DNA of 29,895 nt from the IMG/VR virus record IMGVR_UViG_3300036713_000105, positions 1-29,895 of that record; one strand, 5' to 3'. The stretch is from a virus. Lineage: Duplodnaviria > Caudoviricetes. Shown here in pieces: positions 1 through 7,471 of this stretch (position 1 is its first letter; each line of letters opens with the position of its first letter). A model generated the notes under the pieces. The model was not told the DNA's origin. It ran no database searches and saw nothing but the letters and a program-made list of their open reading frames with translations. The translations under genes and the position numbers were made by a program.

Positions 1-137
1 TGGCGGTCTAGGTCTCTGTACCATTCAGCAAGACCTTGTACCTTGCGTACTGCATCAGCATAGTTAGGTCTAGTCTCATAGTTCTTAGCGAACTCGATTA
101 TTTCCTTTCGGAATTGTTTTTTCTGTGATTCTTTCAT
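1..137 (-). CDS. Partial small hypothetical protein (MKESQKKQFRKEIIEFAKNYETRPNYADAVRKVQGLAEWYRDLDR...), runs off the window start
   Basis: Translated by hand from the ATG at 137; frame stays open to the edge; same strand as neighbouring early genes. Confidence 0.6.
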   Translation of the reverse strand, partial: MKESQKKQFRKEIIEFAKNYETRPNYADAVRKVQGLAEWYRDLDR

Positions 138-307
138 AAGTATTCTTTCTGTGTATTATTGGATAGTATCGGTGGCTGGAGTCAAGACTTTTTATGTAGT
201 CCTCAATCGGCACACCTTTTTCTATCGCTTCTTTTATTAAGTGTTTAAGGTGCATAAGTTCAAATATTTTTTACTTTTTCGTCTATCATTTTTTTCCTTT
301 GGTTGTG

Positions 308-604
308 TTAATAAAGTCTGTTGCCGTTTTCGTCTAGTACTTTGTCTTCTGGTTTGAACTCGCTGAACTCTTGAACAAGTATTCCGTGTTCGGTGTCTCC
401 GTAATTTAAAGGGCAAGTCGCTACGACTGTGTATTTTAAATCCGTGTGTAAGTAATCAATGGCTTGTTGGAAGCCAGAATCGAATTCATAATCCTTTGAT
501 AGATATTTGCTCTGATTGTGTCTTGTTGAGGTGATCTTGATTCTTGCTCCCTTTGTGTCGGTTGCTCCAAGATATTTTACTTTGATTAGGTGTAAGTGTT
601 TCAT
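308..604 (-). CDS. Small phage early-region hypothetical protein
   Basis: ORF track; N-terminal IKVKYLGATDTKGARIK resembles a K-Y-L-G-x-T-x-x-[KR]-G-x-R-I-K motif I recognise from phage early genes; preceded by AAACAAATAAAATTATG leader. Confidence 0.75.
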   Translation of the reverse strand: MKHLHLIKVKYLGATDTKGARIKITSTRHNQSKYLSKDYEFDSGFQQAIDYLHTDLKYTVVATCPLNYGDTEHGILVQEFSEFKPEDKVLDENGNRLY

Positions 605-608
605 AATT

Positions 609-740
609 TTATTTGTTTAATTCTGTTAATAAAAGAATATCGGCAATGTTCTCTAATGCCTCAATATCTTTCTTTTTTGCGTTTGTGGTTAGTTTTAATC
701 GGTTTATAATATTGTATAATATATTTATTTTGTTTTCCAT
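609..740 (-). CDS. 43-aa hypothetical (MENKINILYNIINRLKLTTNAKKKDIEALENIADILLLTELNK)
   Basis: Translated by hand, below the ORF-track cutoff; shared leader AAACAAAATAAAAAATTATGGAAAA; tiles exactly between its neighbours. Confidence 0.7.
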   Translation of the reverse strand: MENKINILYNIINRLKLTTNAKKKDIEALENIADILLLTELNK

Positions 741-755
741 AATTTTTTATTTTGT

Positions 756-875
756 TTATAGATTTACAAAGAGTTGGTGAAGCAAATCTTTTGCTCTTTC
801 TTTGTTTCCTTTTGCTTTTTGATTTAGTAACCAAAGAGCATCTAATACTTTATTTTTTATTTCTTCTTTTTCCAT
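756..875 (-). CDS. 39-aa hypothetical (MEKEEIKNKVLDALWLLNQKAKGNKERAKDLLHQLFVNL)
   Basis: Translated by hand; shared leader motif; tiles between its neighbours. Confidence 0.7.
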   Translation of the reverse strand: MEKEEIKNKVLDALWLLNQKAKGNKERAKDLLHQLFVNL

Positions 876-904
876 AATTTTTTATTTTGTTTTAGTTGTT
901 AAAA

Positions 905-944
905 ATTCATTTGAAGCATTGAGAGTCTCAATACTTCTATGAAT
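905..944 (-). other. Long imperfect intergenic hairpin (RNA processing/stability or operator)
   Basis: ATTCAT-tt-GAAG-c-ATTGAGA-g-TCTCAAT-a-CTTC-t-ATGAAT inverted repeat. Confidence 0.6.
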
Positions 945-949
945 CTTTA

Positions 950-1219
950 TTAAGTTACAATCCATTGATTATTGATTCTTTCAACTTCGCAATAATCATA
1001 GTCGCAATCTGGATCAAGGTTTTTATGAATCTTTATTTCCATTTTGTCGCAATCGTAGCTTGTTAATTCTTCAATGGTATTTCCATAAGCAAATCTTAAA
1101 GGCGTTGAATCTCCGTTTATATTGAACTCATAAGAAACGCCGAATTGGCGTCCTATGACAGCTGTAACTTTTTTAGATATTTCTTTAATATCGGATTTAG
1201 TTAATTTATAATTTTCCAT
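950..1219 (-). CDS. 89-aa hypothetical early protein
   Basis: ORF track; shared leader motif before the ATG. Confidence 0.75.
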   Translation of the reverse strand: MENYKLTKSDIKEISKKVTAVIGRQFGVSYEFNINGDSTPLRFAYGNTIEELTSYDCDKMEIKIHKNLDPDCDYDYCEVERINNQWIVT

Positions 1220-1281
1220 AATTTTTTAATTTTGTTTTAATTTGTTTTAGTTGCGTTGAATCATTTCTTAATAATTCAAAA

Positions 1282-1315
1282 CAACCAAAACCGCTTTTTA
1301 AAGCGGAATTGATTG
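1282..1315 (-). terminator. Hairpin in the early leader (terminator/attenuator-like or processing stem)
   Basis: CCGCTTT-tt-AAAGCGG core (1291-1306) extended by CAACCAA/TTGATTG; U-rich tract follows on the minus strand. Confidence 0.5.
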
Positions 1316-1471
1316 GAAATTGTAATAAGCTTTCAGTCGTTTCAAACTCTTACTTACTTATTTAAAAAATCTAAATTGTCAGTTCAAATTTTCTTTTGTG
1401 TAATCTCTTTCTCTCCACACTTGGCTTCTCGGAGCGATTTCGTGCAATTAAAGTAAAGAGATTTATATGAC

Positions 1472-1502
1472 TTTCAAAGAACAATGTTCTAATTAAAGAA
1501 CG
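1472..1502 (-). promoter_or_regulatory. Two boxA-like antitermination elements
   Basis: Minus-strand GTTCTTTAA (1502-1494) and TGTTCTTTGAAA (1483-1472), just downstream of the leftward promoter; resemble rRNA/lambda boxA (TGCTCTTTAACA). Confidence 0.5.
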
Positions 1503-1507
1503 CCAAT

Positions 1508-1536
1508 ATTAAACCACATTACCGGCAATTTGTAAA
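1508..1536 (-). promoter_or_regulatory. Leftward sigma70-like early promoter
   Basis: TTTACA-17 nt-TTTAAT with TG at the extended -10 position. Confidence 0.55.
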
Positions 1537-1563
1537 TCAATAGAAATGAAACTAGCACTTTTA

Positions 1564-1588
1564 TAAATCGTTGAAAAACAGCAATTTA
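1564..1588. promoter_or_regulatory. Imperfect palindrome containing an IHF-like site
   Basis: TAAATCGTTGAAAAACAGCAATTTA; minus strand TTTCAACGATTTA is one mismatch from WATCAANNNNTTR. Confidence 0.4.
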
Positions 1589-1687
1589 TGAAAACGACCA
1601 AATTTAAAATAAGTTTCATTTTATCACATACGCTATTTTAAGAGGTTTAAATGACAGTGTGAAAAACGATAAAAAGTAGTAATTTAA

Positions 1688-1736
1688 TCTAATGCAACGC
1701 ATAAGGAAAGCTAATGAAAGTAATTCTAATGCAACG
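1688..1736 (+). repeat. Direct repeat TCTAATGCAACG x2
   Basis: Exact 12-mers at 1688-1699 and 1725-1736. Confidence 0.8.
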
Positions 1737-1807
1737 TATTAAAGAAGCTTATCAATATATCCTTATTCACAAAAAAGAAAAACTTATTCATAATATAAGA
1801 AAAACTA

Positions 1808-1836
1808 TTGACAGTTTAAAAGAAATGAGATTGAAT
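1808..1836 (+). promoter_or_regulatory. Candidate rightward sigma70 promoter for the packaging operon
   Basis: Perfect TTGACA, 17 nt, TTGAAT (4/6 match); the -10 lies within palindromic box 1. Confidence 0.4.
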
Positions 1837-1844
1837 CTCAATAA
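1824..1844. promoter_or_regulatory. 7-1-7 palindromic operator, box 1 (Fur-box-like)
   Basis: AATGAGATTGAATCTCAATAA, core TGAGATT-G-AATCTCA. Confidence 0.65.
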
Positions 1845-1855
1845 ATATTAATGAT

Positions 1856-1876
1856 AATGCGACTCAGTCTCAATAA
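1856..1876. promoter_or_regulatory. 7-1-7 palindromic operator, box 2 (Fur-box-like)
   Basis: AATGCGACTCAGTCTCAATAA; 20/21 identical to box 3. Confidence 0.65.
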
Positions 1877-1886
1877 AAATTTAAAA

Positions 1887-1957
1887 GGGGGGGTGGGGAG
1901 TCAAGACACACACACAGTCATATACATATATACATATATCAGCCCTTAAAAAAATTT
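1887..1957. repeat. Low-complexity tract (G-run, CA repeat, TATACA repeat, A-run) upstream of terminase; candidate packaging/terminus signal
   Basis: GGGGGGGTGGGG, GACACACACACA, CATATACATATATACATATAT, CCCTTAAAAAAATTT at the boundary from AT-rich to higher-GC sequence. Confidence 0.5.
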
Positions 1958-2545
1958 ATGCCTCAAAAGCCCAAACAAGCCACATCAGACGAAATCAAAC
2001 TCAAATCGAGTATACAAGAAGCCATCAAGGAGATAGCCGCCGACAAGGAGTTACTCAAGGTAAAGAGCTTGTCTCGCCACAATCCTATGAAGGTCGCGGA
2101 GATATTATATCTTTACAGCATAGGAAAGAGCCAGACTCAGATCGTCAAGAAGTACAACATACAGCGCTCTACGGTCATCCAAGTGCTAGTTGATTACGCG
2201 GACCACTTGGGGCAACTGCGGGACGTAGCCGGCAAAATCGCGGCTAAGAACTATATGCAGTTGAGTTCATTGGAGGAGGATCTAGTAGATAAGGTACGTG
2301 ACAGACTGGAGAACGACCCAGAGATGGAGGTATCCTTTCGGGACATCAAGGAGTTGTCCATAGCAAAGGCTAACGCATTCCGGGAGACTATGACCACCAG
2401 AGGGGAAGCCAGCAGTATATCCGAAGAGCGCAAGGTAATTACCCAAGAGGACTACGAGGATACCCTCAAGGCAGCTAGGGAACGCCTAGAGCAAATGAAG
2501 AGAGTTGACAGTCCGGAGATAATCGAGGAATCAAACGATGATTGA
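1958..2545 (+). CDS. Putative terminase small subunit (HTH DNA-binding plus helical oligomerisation region)
   Basis: HTH-like segment GKSQTQIVKKYNIQRSTVIQVL; first gene of the late operon upstream of TerL. Confidence 0.6.
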   Translation: MPQKPKQATSDEIKLKSSIQEAIKEIAADKELLKVKSLSRHNPMKVAEILYLYSIGKSQTQIVKKYNIQRSTVIQVLVDYADHLGQLRDVAGKIAAKNYMQLSSLEEDLVDKVRDRLENDPEMEVSFRDIKELSIAKANAFRETMTTRGEASSISEERKVITQEDYEDTLKAARERLEQMKRVDSPEIIEESNDD

Positions 2546-2789
2546 TGAAGATTACGATGACCTCTTTGACCGCATCCGAGGAAACCTCGGCGAGCACTTC
2601 AGTAACTATATGTTTATAGTTATGGACGACGACGGAGATTTATTCTATGATTATACTAACCATAGGGTAGGACGTATGCTAATAAGCGAAACTAAATTAG
2701 ATATGGACGGGGACTTAGATGCCTTGGACATCATTTGGGACGCTGAAGCCGAAGAAGAGGAGGAAGCAGATGGAACTGACATTTTCTAA
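2538..2789 (+). CDS. Acidic hypothetical protein
   Basis: ORF track; overlaps both neighbours by a few codons; very D/E-rich. Confidence 0.75.
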   Translation: MIDEDYDDLFDRIRGNLGEHFSNYMFIVMDDDGDLFYDYTNHRVGRMLISETKLDMDGDLDALDIIWDAEAEEEEEADGTDIF

Positions 2790-4428
2790 GCATCCTTTTC
2801 TACAGCCCCCTACGGACGAGGAGATTGTTCTCTTAGCAGAGAGGGACCCAAAGTTACTGGAAGCATTGTACGAAGCTCACGAGGGTAGAATACAAGCAGC
2901 GGAGGAAGATCCTATCCGATACGGCTTTGATTTAGCCGGATGGAATAGAATGAGACTCAGTCTCAATAAGCACAATGAGTGCCTAGTACTCGGCGGTAAT
3001 AGAAGTGGTAAGACCACTGGTTGCGCGAAGATGGTAATGCAAGCAGTAATGGAAAACGAGAACGGACACGTGGTATGCTTCAGTCAAAACGCAGATACTT
3101 CCGTCAAGGTACAACAAGCAGCAATCTGGGAGATGATGCCGAAGGAGTTCAAGCGCAAGACAAAGAGCATAGACGGCTACATAAACTTCAGTATGCAGAA
3201 TGGTTTCACCGGAAGTTCTTTCATCTTTCCGGACACTAAGACGAGGGTAGACTTCAAGACTTATACACAGTACAGCAACAATCAAACAATCCTAGAAGGA
3301 TTTGAGTTCGGTTTCAAGAAACCAAATGGGTTGAACGTAGGCGCTTGGTTGGACGAGTACCTTGGGGACGCGGCGCTAGTAAACACCTTACGGTTCCGAT
3401 TAGCAACAAGGGATGCTAAGATGGTGATTGGATTCACTCCTATTGATGGCTATACCCCTTTCATCAATGACTACTTGAAGGGAGCCGAGACTAAGCAAAC
3501 TAGGAAAGCGGAGTTACTCAAGAACAAAGAAGTACCTATAGAGCAGTACAGCCCAGAGAGAGACGCTGGGGTTATCTATCTACATTCAGATGAGAACCCA
3601 TTCGGCGGCTATGAACGTATAGCGAAGGACCTTCGTGGTCGTCCCGAAGAGGAGATTATGGTACGTGCTTATGGAGTACCGGTGAAATCAATGACAAGTC
3701 TCTTACCATTATTTAACACAGAAGTAAATGTATTATCCGAAGTACCCAATAAAAATAGAAGAGAATTTCCAGACATCACTGATAAGTCCAAGTATAGTTG
3801 TTATCAAGTGGTCGACCCCGCCGGAGCAAGAAACTATGTTGCAATCTGGGCTGGAGTTGATAGAGATAATAACGTCTATATTAGAAAAGAGTTCCCCGAC
3901 CGTGATACATACGGAGAGTGGGCAATTTTTGGCGATCCAAAGTGGCGTTTTGGACCAGCCGCGAAAAAGATGGGGTACAACGTAGAAGGCTACGTAGAGC
4001 TCTTCAAGGAAATAGAGGAGGACCTAGGAATAGAAGTAATAGAAAGAATCGGGGACTCCAGATACTTCGCTAGGGAGAATGAGAACAATGATGATTTGTT
4101 CACAGCCTTCTATGATTACGGAATGAACTTCATTCCTAGTGACGGTAGAACCGAGGAGATGGGAATTACTGCATTGGACGAGTGGTTTAATTACAACCCC
4201 AACGTAGAAATAGATGAAATCAATCAACCCAGATGTTACATCCACAAGGAGTGCGGTAACTTGATTGATAGTTTAATCAATTACAATTCTAACGGAAAGA
4301 TGGACGAACCCCTAAAGGACTTCTTTGACGTAATAAGATATTTAAGAATGGCAAATGGCGGCGAAGGTCCGGACCATATAGATGCTAGAGATTATCAAAC
4401 TATAACAAATAATAAAGGAGGGTACTAA
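2770..4428 (+). CDS. terL: Terminase large subunit
   Basis: Walker A LGGNRSGKT, Walker B AWLDE, coupling motif FTP, C-terminal RNase H-like nuclease acidic residues (VVDP, IGD, DFFDVIRY); start moved to the ATG at 2770. Confidence 0.93.
   Translation: MELTFSKHPFLQPPTDEEIVLLAERDPKLLEALYEAHEGRIQAAEEDPIRYGFDLAGWNRMRLSLNKHNECLVLGGNRSGKTTGCAKMVMQAVMENENGHVVCFSQNADTSVKVQQAAIWEMMPKEFKRKTKSIDGYINFSMQNGFTGSSFIFPDTKTRVDFKTYTQYSNNQTILEGFEFGFKKPNGLNVGAWLDEYLGDAALVNTLRFRLATRDAKMVIGFTPIDGYTPFINDYLKGAETKQTRKAELLKNKEVPIEQYSPERDAGVIYLHSDENPFGGYERIAKDLRGRPEEEIMVRAYGVPVKSMTSLLPLFNTEVNVLSEVPNKNRREFPDITDKSKYSCYQVVDPAGARNYVAIWAGVDRDNNVYIRKEFPDRDTYGEWAIFGDPKWRFGPAAKKMGYNVEGYVELFKEIEEDLGIEVIERIGDSRYFARENENNDDLFTAFYDYGMNFIPSDGRTEEMGITALDEWFNYNPNVEIDEINQPRCYIHKECGNLIDSLINYNSNGKMDEPLKDFFDVIRYLRMANGGEGPDHIDARDYQTITNNKGGY
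2949..2969. promoter_or_regulatory. 7-1-7 palindromic operator, box 3 (inside terL)
   Basis: AATGAGACTCAGTCTCAATAA, perfect TGAGACT-C-AGTCTCA palindrome. Confidence 0.6.
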
Positions 4429-4429
4429 T

Positions 4430-4810
4430 ATGCCTAAGAAAAAACTAAAAGAAATAGCGGAAGAATACGGGATACCTTTCGAGGAAGCCCTTGATCTAGT
4501 CTTCAAGGAACTAGAGGAAGAGATGGTTACCGGAAAGGGTAAAGGTACTTGGATTAATGCAGACGGACAGAGAGTCCTAGATGAGTTCATATCTATGCCG
4601 GTTCTTTACAGAGGACCAGTTCTAGGTGAAGCCCCAAACCCTAATTACATTATGGTTTACGTAAAGGAACTATCCAAGAAGGTTCCGGTAAAAATACCAC
4701 TAAGGTACAAGGGAACATTCCCTAAAGGTAAGATTGTTTACCTCGAAGCTGACAACAGTACAGACAATCCTAAGTACAACTGGGTAAAGACTCCTCAAAG
4801 GACTTACTGA
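4430..4810 (+). CDS. Hypothetical protein, possible N-terminal HTH plus beta-rich C-terminus
   Basis: ORF track; LKEIAEEYGIPFEEA is HTH-like; lies between terL and portal. Confidence 0.75.
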   Translation: MPKKKLKEIAEEYGIPFEEALDLVFKELEEEMVTGKGKGTWINADGQRVLDEFISMPVLYRGPVLGEAPNPNYIMVYVKELSKKVPVKIPLRYKGTFPKGKIVYLEADNSTDNPKYNWVKTPQRTY

Positions 4811-4811
4811 G

Positions 4812-4831
4812 TTGATACGTGTGATATTATA
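4812..4831 (+). promoter_or_regulatory. Candidate late promoter TTGATA-N7-TATTAT-A
   Basis: Intergenic, before the portal gene; one of four copies. Confidence 0.55.
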
Positions 4832-4842
4832 TTAAATAAACT

Positions 4843-6912
4843 ATGCAAAGTGACTCAATTTCAGAAAGCCTTACTTACGTAGGGAAAGAGCCCGATATTA
4901 AAACTTTACGCTACGCCTATGACGAAACCGTTATAGAACTAGAAGCGTATTTCGATCTGTGCCGTACAAGCTACGATGACAGACGTAATTGGTGGGCTGG
5001 TAAAAGCCGCGACCACCGAAAGCACGGGGCTGATGCTTTCCCTTGGGAAGGGGCTGCTGATATGGAGGCGCACACTATTGATGAACGCATTACTCGTCTT
5101 GTATCTTTGTTTATGTCTTCTCTTAATCGTTCTAATGTAAGAGCGTTTCCGGTGGAAAGCACAGACATTCCTAGAAGTAAAATGGTATCTAGCTTCTTGA
5201 AGTGGATGGTATCAAGTGGATACATTCCTCGCTTCAAGAGAGAGATGGAACTCGGAGCTAATTATTTACTAGAGCGCGGTATTTTGATGACCTACGTAGG
5301 TTGGCAGAGAGAAGACCGTAAGTTCTTACAGCGTTTAGATCTTAATCAAATAGCTCAAGTAGCTCCAGAGGTTGTTGAGTTAATAGCATCCGGCGAAAGC
5401 GAAGATGAGTTAATAGCTTTACTTCAAGCAACATTTCCGGGAGTAAGTAACAAGAGAGCTAAGAAAGCTCTGAAGGAGTTACGTAAAAAAGGCGAAGCAG
5501 AACTTCCGATTGTTCGCAGACAAGTTGATGCTCCCGAAGTAAAGACACTGGCACCGGACGGAGACTTTTTCTTTCCTCCTTATGTTACGGATCCTCAGAG
5601 AGCTCCGTATTGTTTTTGGAGAACTTACTACACAGCTCAAGAGCTAGAGAATAAAGTATTAACGGACGGATGGGATGCTGACTTCGTAGAAACGATGATA
5701 GATAAATATCGCGGAGTAAGTATAGATTCCATAGAGCGCGAACAAGAAGGACGTAGAAGTACATCCTTGACTGATAATGCCTACGAAGCAAATGAGTTAA
5801 TTGAAATAGTTTACGGATACCAAAGATTAATAGATCCCGAAGATGGTTCCGAAGGAATATATTGTACAGTATTTCATAAGCAGTACAGTGAAGGCTACGC
5901 TAAGTTCGAGTTGCTTAATGGTTACGAGGACTATCCAGTAGTAGTTACAAAACTTTCTGAAGATAGTAAGAGGCTCTATGATACTCAAACTATTCCAGAC
6001 ATCCTTCGCGGCATTCAGAATCAAGTAAAAGTAGAAAGGGACTCACGTATTGATAGAAACAGTCTAGCCACTCTACCTCCGATTCTTCACCCAGTTGGTC
6101 AAGCACCAACAGATTGGGGTCCCGGAAGGATGATACCTTACCGCAGAAAGGGAGATCTCGACTTTGCTCCGACTCCTCCATCTCCAGTTGGTTCAATTGA
6201 AATTGAAAAGACAATGGAAGCCCAAGCGGACAGACTTTGTGGATTGGATGAAACCTCTCAGATTTCTCAAGTGCGTAAACAATTCTTAGTGGATAAGTTC
6301 CTTCAGCACTCAGCAGAGGTTTTACAGATGTGCTATAAATGTTTCCAGCGGTTTGGACCGGACTCAGTATTCTTTAAAGTTACCGGATCGCCAGACCCAG
6401 TAGAGTTCGGAAAGGGAAACCCAGACGAGAACTACGATATAATGATTTCTTATGATGTCCTCAATTCGGATCCAGAAACTCAAGAGAAAAAACTTAATCA
6501 AATGGTTGCGCTCACGCAACTGGACCGCAGTGGTCGTATTAACATTGATAACTTGCTTGATGCAGCTGCTAACAGTATTGATCCGGTACTTGCGGATCGT
6601 GTGCTACAACCTACAGAAGCAGCTCAAGAACAAGTTGTAAAACAAGTAACAGATGACCTCGCGAAAATCTTTGCCGGTATTGAAATGCCAGCACGTCCTA
6701 ACGGTGCTCAAATTGCTCTTACTATTATTCAGCAGTATACTTCTCAGCCGGATGTTGCACAGCGAGCACAACAAGATGAAGCATTCAGAGCACGTCTTGA
6801 AAAGTACGCCGGTCAGTACACCTTCCAAATGCAACAAGCACAAAATGCTCAAATTGGAAGAGTCGGCACAGAGCCAGCTAAGATGGGAAATGTCAACACA
6901 CAAGAAATGTAA
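4843..6912 (+). CDS. Portal (head-tail connector) protein
   Basis: 689 aa; position after TerL; helical with a Q-rich C-terminal barrel-like tail typical of podoviral portals. Confidence 0.85.
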   Translation: MQSDSISESLTYVGKEPDIKTLRYAYDETVIELEAYFDLCRTSYDDRRNWWAGKSRDHRKHGADAFPWEGAADMEAHTIDERITRLVSLFMSSLNRSNVRAFPVESTDIPRSKMVSSFLKWMVSSGYIPRFKREMELGANYLLERGILMTYVGWQREDRKFLQRLDLNQIAQVAPEVVELIASGESEDELIALLQATFPGVSNKRAKKALKELRKKGEAELPIVRRQVDAPEVKTLAPDGDFFFPPYVTDPQRAPYCFWRTYYTAQELENKVLTDGWDADFVETMIDKYRGVSIDSIEREQEGRRSTSLTDNAYEANELIEIVYGYQRLIDPEDGSEGIYCTVFHKQYSEGYAKFELLNGYEDYPVVVTKLSEDSKRLYDTQTIPDILRGIQNQVKVERDSRIDRNSLATLPPILHPVGQAPTDWGPGRMIPYRRKGDLDFAPTPPSPVGSIEIEKTMEAQADRLCGLDETSQISQVRKQFLVDKFLQHSAEVLQMCYKCFQRFGPDSVFFKVTGSPDPVEFGKGNPDENYDIMISYDVLNSDPETQEKKLNQMVALTQLDRSGRINIDNLLDAAANSIDPVLADRVLQPTEAAQEQVVKQVTDDLAKIFAGIEMPARPNGAQIALTIIQQYTSQPDVAQRAQQDEAFRARLEKYAGQYTFQMQQAQNAQIGRVGTEPAKMGNVNTQEM

Positions 6913-6913
6913 T

Positions 6914-7471
6914 ATGAATAGTTTAAAAGATATAATGCTAGGAGTAGTAACGGAGCCATCGGATAATATATTACCTTCTAGTTTGCCCAAAAATGAAATT
7001 CTTGGATCGCAAAAACCAAAAGGTGAATCTATGTTTGATTCATTCCTTAATGCAGCTACAAAATATTTCGGAGATGATCCAGCGGTACTAGCTGGTCTTA
7101 CCGGTAATGCTGCTGTAGAGAGTGCTTATAGTTTTGACCCCGCTCAAAAGCAAATCGGCGGAGGTAAAGGTTATGGAGTTTATCAATTCGATTGGCACAG
7201 ACCTTATTATAACACTTTTCTTAAAGAAAACAACCTCAAAGATAATGTTGATTCTCAGAATAAATACGTTTATGAAAATATTTATGGAGATCTTCAGAAT
7301 GTTGTCGGAGAAGGAAATGCTAAAGCTCTTCAAGAAGCATTTAAAAGTAAAGACCCGCAATTAATAAACGAAACATTTAGAACTAAATTTTTAAAACCTA
7401 AAAAAGAAAAAGCCCATACTGACAGACGTGCAAAACAAACAGATTTTTATTTTAACAAGTTTACACAATGA
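6914..7471 (+). CDS. Phage tail lysozyme-like protein (Phage_lysozyme2-type)
   Basis: AGLTGNAAVES...GYGVYQF matches the G-N-x3-E-S...G-x-G-x-x-Q motif; start moved to the ATG at 6914 after the portal stop. Confidence 0.7.
   Translation: MNSLKDIMLGVVTEPSDNILPSSLPKNEILGSQKPKGESMFDSFLNAATKYFGDDPAVLAGLTGNAAVESAYSFDPAQKQIGGGKGYGVYQFDWHRPYYNTFLKENNLKDNVDSQNKYVYENIYGDLQNVVGEGNAKALQEAFKSKDPQLINETFRTKFLKPKKEKAHTDRRAKQTDFYFNKFTQ

Noticed and set aside
160-290. Possible small leftward ORF or TTGACT promoter
   Set aside because: The ATG at 289 closes after 9 codons, the alternative frame overlaps the next gene, and the -35/-10 spacing is not canonical; could not be resolved
601-1250. CRISPR-like or attC integron array
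   Set aside because: The repeats are non-palindromic translation leaders separated by genes of variable length; no cas or integrase gene
2719-2769. Upstream start for terL
   Set aside because: It overlaps deeply into the acidic ORF; the ATG at 2770 is more parsimonious
6653-6913. N-terminal extension of the lysozyme-like ORF
   Set aside because: It lies within the portal gene; the TAATATG start at 6914 fits the genome's pattern
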